Shown one piece after another: positions 36,920 through 52,036 of a stretch of 64,000 nucleotides of DNA. Every line of letters begins with the position of its first letter. Within the stretch, counting starts at the first letter, position 1. A program made the translations under genes and the position numbers. The notes beneath the pieces are model-generated. The model was not told where the DNA came from. It searched no databases and saw only the letters and a list, made by a program, of their open reading frames with translations. The stretch covers positions 13,111,124 through 13,175,123 of the forward strand of contig NC_068995.1 in assembly GCF_001194135.2 (NCBI RefSeq), in the 5' to 3' direction. This DNA is from Octopus bimaculoides (Eukaryota).

Positions 36920-39195
36920 AAATTTTGTATGGAATACCAGTGGTTCACCTGGACCATACTGTGACCCACTAACCTAATCTAAAAGGGTCAGTGAAGATTA
37001 TAAAGAATGCCCCCACCTTCTTAGAATAGTTAATAAAAACAATGTAACAATAATAGAAAACAATTTCCTAATATCGTAACCTGAAATTAAAAAGAAGTCA
37101 ACTAAATTTGAGCATTTTCTTTCAAATTTATGCCCCCACCACCACCCTCACCCCACCCCTAATGTTATAAAATATTTATTATACGAGCCATATGCCTTAT
37201 ATGATTTTACCAATATGTCAAAGTGAGCAATATGGTTTTCACCTTAACATTTTTGTTACCATATTTCTGTTGAAATNNNNNNNNNNNNNNNNNNNNNNNN
37301 NNNNNNNNNNNNNNNNNNNNNNNNNNNNNNNNNNNNNNNNNNNNNNNNNNNNNNNNNNNNNNNNNNNNNNNNNNNNNNNNNNNNNNNNNNNNNNNNNNNN
37401 NNNNNNNNNNNNNNNNNNNNNNNNNNNNNNNNNNNNNNNNNNNNNNNNNNNNNNNNNNNNNNNNNNNNNNNNNNNNNNNNNNNNNNNNNNNNNNNNNNNN
37501 NNNNNNNNNNNNNNNNNNNNNNNNNNNNNNNNNNNNNNNNNNNNNNNNNNNNNNNNNNNNNNNNNNNNNNNNNNNNNNNNNNNNNNNNNNNNNNNNNNNN
37601 NNNNNNNNNNNNNNNNNNNNNNNNNNNNNNNNNNNNNNNNNNNNNNNNNNNNNNNNNNNNNNNNNNNNNNNNNNNNNNNNNNNNNNNNNNNNNNNNNNNN
37701 NNNNNNNNNNNNNNNNNNNNNNNNNNNNNNNNNNNNNNNNNNNNNNNNNNNNNNNNNNNNNNNNNNNNNNNNNNNNNNNNNNNNNNNNNNNNNNNNNNNN
37801 NNNNNNNNNNNNNNNNNNNNNNNNNNNNNNNNNNNNNNNNNNNNNNNNNNNNNNNNNNNNNNNNNNNNNNNNNNNNNNNNNNNNNNNNNNNNNNNNNNNN
37901 NNNNNNNNNNNNNNNNNNNNNNNNNNNNNNNNNNATTCAGTGCTTTTTTTTTTTTGTTTTTTCCAATTTACTTCAAAAATATTGAAGAATTTATTTAAAA
38001 TAACAATCGTCATTTAGCTGGAGTTTGAAACATAAATTAACATGAAATTTCAAAGGAAGTTTTAATTTGGTTCACTTCAAAGCAGGATGTACAATTAAAG
38101 ATGGTCTCAGGTTGATAGCAGAAGGGTTAGGATATTTCTTCTATTCGTCTTCCTTTCAGATATTAGTCAGCAAATAAGCCAACAGGATGTGAAGTAAAGT
38201 AATGTTGCAGTTTATATATTTCAACTTACTTTATGAAATAAACTCAGATTCAGCAGGCTTATGGTGATGGAAAATCCAACAGTGACCATCCTGCCTTTTA
38301 CAGGGTTATGTGAGCTTTCATTATCTAATGTATCCTTTCTTTATTTAAAACATTAAGAAGATTTGGCTGCTATTTCTTGCAGTATCACATAGAGGCCTCA
38401 TCATCTCAAAAGTCTGGTTAGTTCTTAAAATGTAAATATTTTTAAGTAATGATATGAATCTACCATGTAGTACCATATGAATATTAGTTGGTACTATAAG
38501 TACCATATGAATCTACCAGTTAGTACACTGTAGCTTGAGGTAGCTGAACCAATGAGGGAATATCTATGCAGTCACTTCATATGCTAGAAATAACAGCTAT
38601 ATCTCTCTCATCACACCCTATCATCTTAATAAAAAAAGACAGATTACATAATATAACCCTAGATAAACTGTCAGGAAAAGAGATTGGATGGTCACTACTG
38701 GAAAAACCTTTGCTCATGGGTCTGCTTTCATAAAACAAACAGAGGAACAACAACAATAACATCTAGATTTTGCATGCAGTTCTTCAAGTAAACACGTGGA
38801 AACTCAAATCACCCAATACAAATATTCATCAATTCTTGCATGTTTACAGCGAACTATCGTCCATGCTCATCCATAATTCCGTTAGCTTATAAAAGCATAG
38901 AAACAAAATGTTAGATAAGTAATAATTTCAATTCATTTTGATGATTTCAGTTAAGTGGTGTCCACTATATTGTATCATTGAACACTGCAGCGCCATTACT
39001 CTTTACCTTGTATACTCTTTTACTCTTTTCACTCTTTTACTTGTTTCAGTCATTTGACTGCAGCCATGCTGGAGCACCGCCTTTAGTCGAGCAAATTGAC
39101 CCCAGGACTTATTCTTTGGAAGCCTAGTACTCATTCTATCAGTCTCTTTTGCCGAACCGCTAAGTTACGGGGACGTAAACACACCAGCATATATA

Positions 39196-39414
39196 TGAGG
39201 GAATGCTGAAAAGTTCCTGGCTTTGGGTAAAAGAAAATACAGGAGGATCAGTTAATTATGATTTTATTCAACATATTCCCCTCTCAGATGCACACACTTA
39301 TTGCAACAATCCTTTAGTTTTTCTAAACTCTTGTAAAAGAACTCAGAGGGTTGGGCTTCCAGCCAAGTGTTTCATGATACACTTAAAGCCAGGAACTTTT
39401 CAGTACCCCACAGG
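39196..39414. mobile_element. mariner-like MITE
   Basis: Inverted ends CTGAAAAGTTCCTGGCTTT / AAAGCCAGGAACTTTTCAG (19-bp perfect core) with TA flanks; it abuts a truncated family A SINE. Confidence 0.65.
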
Positions 39415-39977
39415 TACAGATTAACCAATATGTTCATCTCTTGTTCAAAGACAGGAAAGTATAACATACAGAAAATTTGGCTGTTATTTCAAGCAGTTCA
39501 AGCAACCACACAGAGCTCTTTCAGAAACTCATATACAAAAAAAAAAAAAAAAAACCAAACCATAGGATTTAAAAACAATATGACATAAATTTGATAAATA
39601 GAATACATGGTATATAATTTGATAAAAAAAATAAAATCATTATCTTTGACAAACCACATAACCAATTTTGCAAGAAGAGACAGTAAATTAAATCAGCTCT
39701 AGTAGACTTGACAATACGAGTTATTAGGCACAGGATTGAATGGAAGACATAAATCAAGCCAAGCAGAGTTTGAAATGATGACTATGAGGGGGTGATATAC
39801 GACAATTAGTTAAGCTCTCTAGTATTTCCACCATTCCACTGCTCTACGAGATCATTAACCAATATAACTTTCAAGTATACAGACGTGACCAGAGCGTCTT
39901 TTTGAGTAGAGAGAGAGAGAAATACTATGTGTCGCTACATGTTTACAAAAAGAGACAATTAAATAAAGAGTAAATTA

Positions 39978-40035
<58 letters not shown>

Positions 40036-40467
40036 GCTCCAGGGAGAGAGGAGGGAGTGGGGAAAGAAGAGACAGAAGAGAAACTGATAGTGAAAACATA
40101 CAGTGGTAGCTGTTCATGGTTTCTGCAGCAACAGGAACAACAAAACAAGATTTGAAGAACTTTGCAGGCCATGGACACACTCAAAATTCACCCACATGCA
40201 TTCTAATATATATATATATATATTTATACATACAAGCAAGATTGATCATTTCCAGTCTTCAATGGAAAGACATGCCTGGTCATGGGGCAATATCACCTTG
40301 CTTGGAAACAGCTGAAAACTGGCAACAAGAAGGGCATCCAGACATAGAAAATCTGCCCGAGCAAATTTCCATGTGACCCATGTAAACATGGAAAAGTGAA
40401 TGATAAATGATGATATTTGTGCTTATATTTCAAGAAAGGCAATCCTAGTAAACAAAACAGTACTTAA

Positions 40468-40808
40468 AAGGGTAAAGACCACCTTCAGTCTGAATGGCCA
40501 AGAGATTGCACCTAGAAAGTTCCCCTCTAAGGGAAAGTCCGGGCAAGGTTATTTATGGAAGACCAGCAGTCACCCATGCATACCAGCCTCCACTCTCCAC
40601 GTCATTGATGTTATCCAAGGGAAAGGCAAAGGGGCCAATACAGCTTGGCACCAGTGACATTGCAACTCATTTCTACAGCTGAGTGAAGTGGAGCAACCTG
40701 AAATAAAGTGTCTTGCTCAAGAACACAACATGCAGCCCGGTCCAGGAATCGAACTCACTACCTTGTGATTGTGAGCCCTATGCTCTAACCACTGAACCAT
40801 GTGCTTTA
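40468..40808 (-). mobile_element. SINE family D, near full length
   Basis: Reverse complement of the family D head (GGTTCAGTGGTTAGAGC ... GAGTTCGATTCC) and body. Confidence 0.8.
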
Positions 40809-42244
40809 CCCTTTTAGTACTTAAAGTGTAATTAATCATAAATAACTACTGAATAAAAGACATACTTCACATGCCTAAATTTTTTCACACAAAACTTACA
40901 AGAACCAATATCCTCTTTTACTGGGTTCAGTCACTTGACTGCTACCATACTGGGGCACTCTTTTCAAGGGCTCAGTTGACTAACTCAAGCTCCATATGTA
41001 TTCCAGTTTGCTTCTTCCTTTATCAATTAATTTGTTAAAAATACTAATTTACAAGAAATAAATGGACACAAAGTAAACAACACCAGTTTTTAGACCCATG
41101 CAAAATGCAAGCACAACCAGAAATATAAACACACTTCTTCAGTTTCCTACCCACAAGGTATTGAGCAACTCAAGAACATGACAGATCACACCTACTCAAA
41201 GGTACCATGCAGAGAGATTGAACCTGGGTTTCTGTGGATGCAAAGTGAACACTTCTTAAAAACACATGGTCTATACATAACTTTCAGGTTGCTGACCCCT
41301 GGCTTTTCAACATATTATACGACACAAAATGGTTTTAAATTTTGTTCATCTTCAGCCATTATATATATGCACATAGGTTCAGACTAGTATAGAACTTAAA
41401 AATGATTTTTTTTCTTTTCAAACAAAGTCCATTGCTGTTATCTCCAATACACACTGTAAATGGTTAGCATTAGAAAGGCCATCCAGCCATAGAAATTATG
41501 CCAAAGTAAATACTGGAGCATGATACAGTCCTTCAACCAGTTGGACCCTGTCAAATTGTCCTACCAAAGCCAGCATGGAACATGGACATTAAATAATGGT
41601 GATATATATGTATGTATGTATACACGCACTTTTAATTCAATCATTAGACCAACAATAATGGGTTAAAAGTTTAGTTCTTTATTCTAAGTAACATCTTTAA
41701 ATTGTTACCCCACTGAAATATATAATGGACTCTCCCATCGTTAGATGACGTATGAGGGTTTGACAATTTCTTACCGAACAACCACACATTGTTTATGGTG
41801 ATCAAATGTTTGTGTAGACATAAGCTCACTCCCTCCATCAAATCAACATTACCTGTACAGGTGCAACTGGGTGCCACATGTCAGATGTCGAAATGATTGC
41901 AGAGCAATGTGAAATGAAGTGCATTGCTCAAGAACACAATGCAACACCCGGTCTGGGAATCAAACCCATGATCTCGCAATCTTGAGTGCAACACCCTAAC
42001 CACTAAGCCATGCGCCTTCATTGAAATATACATGTGTGTGTATACATTACTTGTTTCAGGCATTTGAATGCACCCATGCCAGGGGACCACCTTCAAGGGT
42101 TTTAGTTGAACAAATCAACCCTAGGACTTATTTTCTCAAACCTAGTACTAATTCTATTGGTCTCTTTTGCCACACTGCAAATAAGACATAAACACACCAA
42201 CGCTAGTTGTCAAGTGGTGGTGGAGAACAAGCACAGACACGCGC

Positions 42245-42271
<27 letters not shown>

Positions 42272-42278
<7 letters not shown>

Positions 42279-42581
42279 GATGGGCTTCTTTTAGTTTCCG
42301 TTTACCAAATTCACTCACAAGGCTTTGGTTGGCCAGAGGCTATAGTAGAAAACTGAACCTGCCTCCTTTCGCTGTTATTCCAAACCAACAGATATCATAG
42401 CATAGTATGTGTATATATGATGGGCTTCTTTTAGTTTCCGTCTACCAAATTCACTCACAAGGCTTTGGTTGGCCAGAGGCTATAGTAGAAAACTAAACCT
42501 GCCTCCTTTCCCTGTTATTCCAAACCAGCAGATATCATAGCATAGTGTGTGTATATATGATGGGCTTCTTTTAGTTTCCGT
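42272..42581. repeat. 140-bp tandem repeat running into an assembly gap
   Basis: The unit start TGATGGGCTTCTT occurs at 42278, 42418 and 42558. Confidence 0.9.
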
Positions 42582-44421
42582 NNNNNNNNNNNNNNNNNNN
42601 NNNNNNNNNNNNNNNNNNNNNNNNNNNNNNNNNNNNNNNNNNNNNNNNNNNNNNNNNNNNNNNNNNNNNNNNNNNNNNNNNNNNNNNNNNNNNNNNNNNN
42701 NNNNNNNNNNNNNNNNNNNNNNNNNNNNNNNNNNNNNNNNNNNNNNNNNNNNNNNNNNNNNNNNNNNNNNNNNNNNNNNNNNNNNNNNNNNNNNNNNNNN
42801 NNNNNNNNNNNNNNNNNNNNNNNNNNNNNNNNNNNNNNNNNNNNNNNNNNNNNNNNNNNNNNNNNNNNNNNNNNNNNNNNNNNNNNNNNNNNNNNNNNNN
42901 NNNNNNNNNNNNNNNNNNNNNNNNNNNNNNNNNNNNNNNNNNNNNNNNNNNNNNNNNNNNNNNNNNNNNNNNNNNNNNNNNNNNNNNNNNNNNNNNNNNN
43001 NNNNNNNNNNNNNNNNNNNNNNNNNNNNNNNNNNNNNNNNNNNNNNNNNNNNNNNNNNNNNNNNNNNNNNNNNNNNNNNNNNNNNNNNNNNNNNNNNNNN
43101 NNNNNNNNNNNNNNNNNNNNNNNNNNNNNNNNNNNNNNNNNNNNNNNNNNNNNNNNNNNNNNNNNNNNNNNNNNNNNNNNNNNNNNNNNNNNNNNNNNNN
43201 NNNNNNNNNNNNNNNNNNNNNNNNNNNNNNNNNNNNNNNNNNNNNNNNNNNNNNNNNNNNNTGTAACAATATAAATAGGTAGCTTCACAAACCTGGTCAA
43301 TGACACTACGACTAGGATGAAAATTTACAACAAAAGACCTTGACACCTATTAATCCTAAATATTAATATACATTACTATAACAGTATGTATCTTTGCTAG
43401 CTACAATAGCCAGCAGAATGTTAATTGTTTCACTTCCAACAGTCATCTCAAATAAAAAAAAACCCCACATGCCACACAAGTGCAGTTTGAGAGAAAGAGA
43501 GTGTATGGTATGGAAATAGACTAGATCAAATTCTTATAATATAAAAGACAAGCCAACAAGGTGGTCAAATTGGACTATTAGAAATAGCAACCAAATGATC
43601 TTCAAATCACACCGTACTGACCATACAGAGAGAAAAAAAAGAGAGAAAAGGTATGTGCTAAAGTAGCACTATCTGAAAATATGAGAGGTTGGGATAGGCA
43701 TGGTTGGAATGTTTGGGATAATAGGTCTGCTGGGTCAGGGATGACCAAGGGCTGAATAACATATAAAGTGAAGAACGAACATAAAGATGCTGGGGCACTA
43801 GCACAAAAGGTTTAGTCAAACAAGGTGCTTATTTTTGTAAGCCAGATGCTTACTAAGTTATGGGGACATAAACAAACCAACATCAGTTGTTAAACAGTGG
43901 AGGAGAGAGAAACTCAAAGACACATACACACACACATATATATATATATACACACAACAGGCTTCCACATAGTTTCCATCTATCAAATTCACTCACAAGG
44001 CCCCAAGTTATAATAGAAGACACTTGCCCAAGGCACTACGCAACGGGACTGAACTTGAAACCACATGCTGGCAAATCAGGATTCTTAACCACACGGTGCG
44101 GTCATATAACTATTGGATTCCCAAACTAAATAAGGAGTGGAACAAAAAAACAGCAACACTGTGAGTAACAAAAGTTCCTAATGCACATTAAGAAACACGG
44201 TTGAAGCCATCAGCTATTTTAAATCCATTTCCCCCACACTTGTATGGAATTAGAAATGTCTTCTCCAGCATAGCACTTCATCATTTATCACAATCCCTTG
44301 CCAATCCCTTTGTGAGGCTCGGTACTTTAAGATCAGCTATTACCATTTCTCATGTCTACTCTTCGTTGTGTTCTTCCCACCTGAACTGCTTAGCATTTCT
44401 TTACCTATCATTTTCCATATA

Positions 44422-44635
44422 TAGTAATCCCTCAACTATCACAGGTGTTACGTTCCAAGACCCCACCACCACCACCACGATAGGTGAAAATCCGCAAAGT
44501 AGAAACCGTACTGTACTGTATTTTTTTTAATTATTTTTATAATTTGTACATGTTTATTGTATTATAAATACAAAACTCCACAGAGGAATCGATGTAGGCT
44601 TAAATAATGAACCACGATATGGCAAGGGATTACTG
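44422..44635. mobile_element. Tc1/mariner-superfamily (Tigger/pogo-like) MITE
   Basis: TA|(C>T)AGTAATCCCT ... AGGGATTACTG|TA; TA target duplication. Confidence 0.7.
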
Positions 44636-45148
44636 TACATCATAAATTAGGTAGGGGGCTCCGAAAGGGGTCTCAGGGAGTAGCGTCCCTGCGTTCCTGA
44701 GCTAGTTTTCCACCACATTTCTTAAAAATTGTGGTAGAGGCCTTGATCTCAGGACCACTCATGTCTAGAAACTGAGGTTGGAGGTAAGCAAGGGCATGCT
44801 CCCCGTAGAAAATCCAGCTCCAAAATAGCCTCATGATAGCAAAGGAGAATGGGCACCAGCCAACCCAAAGGTTGGGGTGGGCTGCACCTGCCTACCTCGG
44901 TTGCTATGGCATTTAGGTAGATCTGGCCATCCCCATAAACAGGGACAAAACTCAGAATTAAAACACTGGATGATGATGGTGATGATACCTGTACTAATGC
45001 AGTCTCCTCTGTGTGTAATTAAGTGTACTTCCCAACCACATGGTTTCAGGTTCAGTCCCTCTGTGTTTTCTGGTGCAGTCATTGGTCGACCAAATACTTG
45101 TGATTGAATTTAGTAAACAAAAACTGAAACACTCTCCTCATATGCTTG

Positions 45149-45191
<43 letters not shown>

Positions 45192-45240
45192 TTATCTGGA
45201 CCAACAGTTGCAGAAGTGTGCCTAACCATGGGGAAATATA

Positions 45241-45470
45241 TTTATTTCTTTACTGCCCACAAGGGGCTACACACAGAGGGGACAAACAAGGACAGACAAA
45301 GGGATTAAGTCAATTACATCGACCCCAATGCGTAACTGATACTTATTTAATCAACCCCGAAAGGATGAAAGGCAAAGTTGAACGGAATTTGAACTCAGAA
45401 CATAACGGCAGACGAAACACTGCTCAGCATTTTGCCTGGCATGCTAACGGTTCTGCCAGCTCACTGCCCT
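45241..45470 (-). mobile_element. SINE family C with perfect TSD
   Basis: 14-bp direct repeat ATGGGGAAATATAT at 45228-45241 and 45472-45485. Confidence 0.85.
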
Positions 45471-45858
45471 TATGGGGAAATATATTGCTTGAAAACAGGT
45501 AAGAGTTGACAACAAGAATGGTATCTGGACATAGAAAATCTGCCTCCATGAAATCCATCTAACCCATGCAAGCAATGCAATGAGAGTGATGACAATTCAT
45601 TAACCAAAACCATTTCATAGAATACCTATTAAGAATAGTTCTTATATTTTATCTTTTACTTGTCTCAATCATTAAACTGTGGCCATGCTGGGGCACTGCC
45701 TTGAAGAATTCTAGTCAAACAGCTCAACTCCAATACTTATTTTATTGGTCTCTTTTGCTGAACCGTCAAGCTGCTGGGATTTAAACACACCAACGTCAGT
45801 TGTCAATCAGTGGTATGGGGGCAAACACAAACACAAAGACACACACAAACACACATCA

Positions 45859-45903
<45 letters not shown>

Positions 45904-46007
45904 TATANNNNNNNNNNNNNNNNNNNNNNNNNNNNNNNNNNNNNNNNNNNNNNNNNNNNNNNNNNNNNNNNNNNNNNNNNNNNNNNNNNNNNNNNNNNNN
46001 NNNNNNN

Positions 46008-46038
<31 letters not shown>

Positions 46039-47620
46039 GATAGATTTCTTTCAGTTTCAGTCAACCTAATCCACTCACTAGGCTTTAGTCAGCCTGAGGC
46101 TATAGCAGACATCTGCCCAAGGTGTCACAAAGTGGAACTGATCACAGAACCATGTGCTGTGAAACAAGCTTCTTACTACACAGTTACACCTATATTTAGT
46201 CAGAAAAAGGACAACATCTTTGAACATTTTTGCAGTGCCTCCACAAGATTGGTGGAGGAAGAAAGACCATCTTGGTGTTCTCAGTCTAGAGACCCCCCAC
46301 TCTCTGAGTACACAGAAAGAAGTACACTCTGTTTAACCTTCACAGTGCTGATTAAATTTTTGTTGGAGATGTAACACACTAATCACATGCAAATCAGTTC
46401 TTGCAATCCTTTTCTATTGGCCAGTGCTTACTACATCATATGAAATGTAGAAACTTCTGGAAAGTACCCCACAATCAAAAACAAGTTAGCTTGGTTCCTG
46501 TGTCTCAAGTGCACATGCATGGAACCAAGTATACTCAGTTCCTGTGCAGTAAGAGTTGTTGCCAAGATATAAAAGACCCTTGTCTATAGTGCTGTACAGT
46601 AGAATTGAACCCACGACCCTCTGATCATAAAGTGAATCTGTTACCCACATAGCCAAACATACACTCAAGCAGGCCAATCCAGCAAGAACATTGAATAGAA
46701 AATATATCAAGGCACTGCATCTCAGATGCCATGAGTCTATCAGCTTTTATAACAGGTACACCATATCCCTGTAAGAGGTAACTAAAAGGATTAGCATCAA
46801 GGAAAGTACCTGGCTATGAAACACTGTCTCAAAAAGCCCAGTCCAACCCATGCCGGTGTAGAAAAGCTGATGGAACAATGAAAACAATGATGGAATTTCC
46901 TTAAATATTTACCAAACTATGGAACAAGTAAGATAAAAGATTACAATATGAAGTGTAAACCTTGAGGAAAAAAAAAAAGTCAAAATCATTAAAAGATTTA
47001 CAATGAAAAATTCTACACTTTAAATGTTATATTGTTGGTGTTTACCCACCACAACATCAAATCTAATCTATCATTTAATTGCTTCTGTCATTAGACTGTG
47101 GCCATGCTGTAGTACCACCTTGAAGAATTTTAGTGGAACGAATCAATCCCAGTGCTTTTGTTTAAGCCTGGTACTTATTCTATCGGTTTCTCAATGATAA
47201 ATCAGCCTTCTAAAAAGTATAGAGAACTACATTATCTAATACTTCCTCCTCATCAAAAAAAAAAAAAGTAGAAATGTGATTTCAGAGAGATTTAGCTGTT
47301 ATTTCTAACAGACTGAGCTATGAAGTAAAGACTCTCTCAGTTCATACTATAAATTGTAAATCTGTCCTACACAGTGAAATGAAATTACCTGTGAGACTAT
47401 TTGGTGAACCAACCTACTAGAAATAGTTAAATACCCTTAAAATCACACATTACCACCTCGAAAGTTAAGGGACACATTGGTTAAAAACAATGCAATAGTC
47501 ATGGTCAAAATGAATTTTGACAATAGATTCACAAGATCAGATCATAGATTTACTAGACTTAAGGCTACAAAGTTTTCTCAACAGTGCAAATGTGTAGAAT
47601 AAAAATAAAAGCAAGCTTAC

Positions 47621-47695
47621 CTATATTTTCTTGTGTTTTCTATTACTGAGTCTCCAAGTAGTCTATTTAGATTCATCTTCAGTGAGTTTGTCACA
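47621..47695 (-). other. Candidate 75-nt 5'-UTR exon of SFMBT
   Basis: Acceptor ctacttttatag| and strong donor TAG|GTAAGC; non-repetitive sequence. Confidence 0.55.
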
Positions 47696-48968
47696 CTATA
47701 AAAGTAGATAAAATTACCAAACAGGTTTTCTTAGTAAAGAAGAAACAGTAAAGACTCAAATATTCAACAAAAACTACATACAATTACTCTACACTGTATA
47801 TATATATATATATATATATACATATATATCAAATGGATGTGATATAAAACTATTCTCCACATACACTAACAGCCATATCAACAATCCAACATACCTCCAT
47901 CATCAGCTGCCCCACAGATATCACTATGGTTTCGACACCTGGGCAGTATCATTCAATCCAGCGGTGTCAACAGCACTAAAATAAGTGTTGTTTAGGAACA
48001 AATATACCTTAGATATCACCACATTCATTCAATCTAAGGATTAAACACTAACATTATTAATTAAACTACAACAAAGAAACACACATACCCTGATGTACAA
48101 AAACAATATCAGTAAATAAATTCAGCAAGTAAACCTATAATTCCTTAATTTAGCTAACTAAATAGCAACCTAGCCCTTGTATGTATATATATAAAAACAT
48201 CATTTTCGTGCCCTCTGTATAGGTTAGACAGAGTTTATTGGGACAGATTTTTTACAGTTGGATACCCTTCATGTCCCAACCCTCACCTGTTTCCAAATCA
48301 AGTAATATTTCCCCATGGCCAGACATGTTTACACAGAATATTGAAAAACGAATGACACAGTTTGTGTGACAGCGACACTCATTTACAAATGGCATGTATT
48401 GTTGAGACAAAGAGATTACAAAAATATGTATATATATTTCATCATGTTGAACCGTTAATCCCTACACATTTTTTTCTCTCTCAGTTCTTTCTGTCAAAGA
48501 GCATAGGCTCAAAATATCAATGACTTTTCCATTCTTCTTAAGCATTTAAAATAATACTCCTGCTTGTTTTTCTTTCACCTGTCTTCATCTTTTGCTTTCT
48601 GTAAATTTGAACTATGTATGCGTGTGTACATGCACACAAACCTGTTTCAGTTTCCATCAACCAAATCCACTCACAAGGCTTTGGTCAGCCTAGGGTTATA
48701 GAGAAGATACTTGTCGTAGGTGTTATGCAGTGGGACTGAACCCCAAATCATGTCATTGGGAAGTAAACTCCTTAACCACACAGCCACATTTCCACAAACC
48801 TGTGCGTGTGTGTGTGTAATTATGATCATTTAATGCCTATTATCCATGCTGGCATGGGTACAGAAAATTGATAAAACAGTTTGTAGAATCCATTACCGTT
48901 TAGCTTCATGTAAGAAATTCCTGTCATAATAATTTTTTTTTTTTATATATATCATTCATGTAATGCAT

Positions 48969-49215
48969 GAAAGTGCATGGCTCAGTGGTTAGAGCGTCGG
49001 GCCCACAATCATGAGGTAGTGAGGTTGATTCCTTGACTAGTCTGTGTTGTGTTCTTGAGCAAGACACTTTATTTCATGCTGCCCCAGTTCACTCAGCTAT
49101 CGGTCTTTGCCTTTCCCTTAGATAACATTGGTGGTGTGAAGACTGCTAGTCTTCCATAAACAATCTTGCCCAGACTTGTGCCCCAGAGGGGAACTTTCTA
49201 AGTGCAATCCATTGT
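48969..49215 (+). mobile_element. tRNA-derived SINE family D
   Basis: A box TGGCTCAGTGGTTAGAGC, degenerate B box, TTGAGCAAGACAC domain; related copies at 40468-40808 (-), 20865-21140 (+), 6812-6950 (+) and 41880-42020 (-). Confidence 0.8.
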
Positions 49216-50231
49216 TCAAGGTATCTAAGGAACTTGCTCAGAGAGATGTGGTCACTCAATTCAACTTGATGAATTACTACTGAGAAGCTTTTGCACAAAC
49301 TTGATACATTTTATAATTTTTTTTTTTTTTCTGTACATTTACATATGCAGAAAAAAAAAACATTGCTAACCAAAATCTGATGCCAAATCTTTAAATATTG
49401 TTTTCATCATTTGATAATTCCTTAATGAAGATAGGAAGCAAAGTAAATAAAGTATTTATATGCTTAGTACCAATTTATAATAACCACAAGAATATTTGTT
49501 ATTTTTGTCTAACACGCAATCAGCTCTCATCAAACTCACCATCCTAGTTTTTGCTTTTCAAATAGTCTGAAAGACTACATTATGAAAGTGGCCATTTAAA
49601 AAATTTTTTCTTCTTTGTAAGATATTGATTAGTGATGTGAAGGAGATTACTGTTGTTTCTAGCAAGATAGAGACTCACATACACACATACATACATGCTC
49701 GTTTACAATGTGTGATGGTGAGAATGACAAAGGGATGAGTAGAAATATTTCTCAATGAAAACGGACAGAGCTGAGCAAACACTAAAGCGAGACATGTGGT
49801 TTGCATCGTAACAAGAATTGTTTTTATTAGCTCCATAAAAACACTTCCATAATACAAGGAAAATATTTAAGGAAGAGAAAATTGAAGCAATATCTCATGC
49901 ATGCTGAAGACAAGAAACCTGAAGGTCAATTTTCATGAAAGCAATTCTGACAGAAGTGGTTATTCAGGAAAATAATGATTTCTTTCTCTAAACAAAGATT
50001 GGGGGGGGGGNNNNNNNNNNNNNNNNNNNNNNNNNNNNNNNNNNNNNNNNNNNNNNNNNNNNNNNNNNNNNNNNNNNNNNNNNNNNNNNNNNNNNNNNNN
50101 NNNNNNNNNNNNNNNNNNNNNNNNNNNNNNNNNNNNNNNNNNNNNNNNNNNNNNNNNNNNNNNNNNNNNNNNNNNNNNNNNNNNNNNNNNNNNNNNNNNN
50201 NNNNNNNNNNNNNNNNNNNNNNNNNNNNNNN

Positions 50232-50309
<78 letters not shown>

Positions 50310-50495
50310 CTTTGTTTCATATATATATTTTTTTTTTATCCTTCATATGTCTCAGGTGAGTGAATTAACTTTCATACTTATTTAAAAGCCTGGTAATTAT
50401 TCTATCAGTCTTTTTGCTGAACTACTAAGTCATGAGGGATGTAAACACAACAACACCAGTTGTCAAGTGATGGTGGGGAATAAACTCAGACACAA

Positions 50496-50526
<31 letters not shown>

Positions 50527-52000
50527 TATGTGCCACCTGACTGGCTCCCATGCCAGTGGCACGTAAAAAGCACCCACCACACTTTCAGAGTGGTTGGTGT
50601 TAGGAATGGCATCCAGCTGTAGAAACCTTGCCAAATCAGATCAGAACCTAGTGCAGTCCTCCCCCACCCCAGCTTACCAGTTTTCAGTCAGACCATCCAA
50701 CCCAGGCCAGCATGGAAAGCGGATGTTAAACAACAATGACACTCTCACACATGCATATGCACACACAATGAGCTTTTTTCAATTCCCATCTACCAAATCC
50801 ACTCACAAGGTTCTCGTCAGCTGTGCAGTAGGACTGATCCTGGAACCTTGTGGTTGAGAATCAAACTCTGTACCACACAGCCATATCTGTGCCTAAAATT
50901 CTCATTTTTATTTCCCTGTCATAGGTTATAAGTCAGCTTCCCTAAATATTACTTTCTAGTTCCCAAAGAGCCATAGGCAAAACAAATTATGCTTTGTTAG
51001 ACGAACGATCATGGATAGTTTGGTTCTCCTACTATCCTTACCAACATCACCATCTGATCTAATTCAAACAAATATATATATTTAAAATAACATTAAGATG
51101 AAAACTGAATATTTACAAATGCAATATATGAAGAACTTCACACTGTAATATACCATATTTTAACGTGTAAGGAACCCTTTTTTGTCAAAAAGTAAGTTGA
51201 AAAAATATGGGAGTTTCTTATACATGGATAGCATTATAATACCATTTTTCCAAATTTTAAGCCCAAAGAATTAGGGGATTCCTTATACACATTAAAATAC
51301 AGTATATATATATATATAATTCACTTTATAGTTTTATATAATGAAAGAAAAGAAAAGGATGAATTTTAAAAAATTAAGTCTAACTTTGACAAGTTGCAGA
51401 TTTCATGGTAAATGTCATTTAAGCTATATTACACACAAATATTGTGGTTAGAAATATTTAGAAAAAAAGCAATGAATAAATATTTCTTAGAAGTTTTCTA
51501 CTGTTTTTCTTTTCTGAGACTCAAGGTGTTATTTATCCTAGTTCAGCCCTGACCAAATGGAACTGTATAATCAAAGGTGTCCCAGGTGATCATACAGTAA
51601 GGTGTGATAGGAGGAATGTTTGACTGTTATTTCTAACAGGTCATTTAGAAACACATGTGCTACAATGGGTAGCCACACAGAAATCCTCAGACCGGTCAAT
51701 ACACACAACCAAGAAGGGAACATTATATATATAGACGTGGCTCTCAATTTCATTTCACAAATTTAACATATTTGAAACAAAGACAAAACAGCCATGCTAG
51801 AAAAAGCTGATCAGATATTTAAAAATTGAAGCAAAACCAACACACTGGTTATCTTCATATATCAGAAGCTGTTAGTATTCCTCAGTCAGACCGTTCCTGT
51901 ATGTTTAATCAGCTGCTTTCATGCCAAAGGTTGACTCAACCAGATTGAACTGGGATGGGATAATGGATATTATGTATATATGATGATGATGATGATGATA

Positions 52001-52036
<36 letters not shown>

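Noticed and set aside
38452-38528. Short imperfect repeat of AGTACCATATGAAT
   Set aside because: Only 2-3 degenerate copies; consistent with local slippage.
38850-38895. Possible small minus-strand exon after ttttataag|
   Set aside because: No convincing donor, so it cannot be supported.
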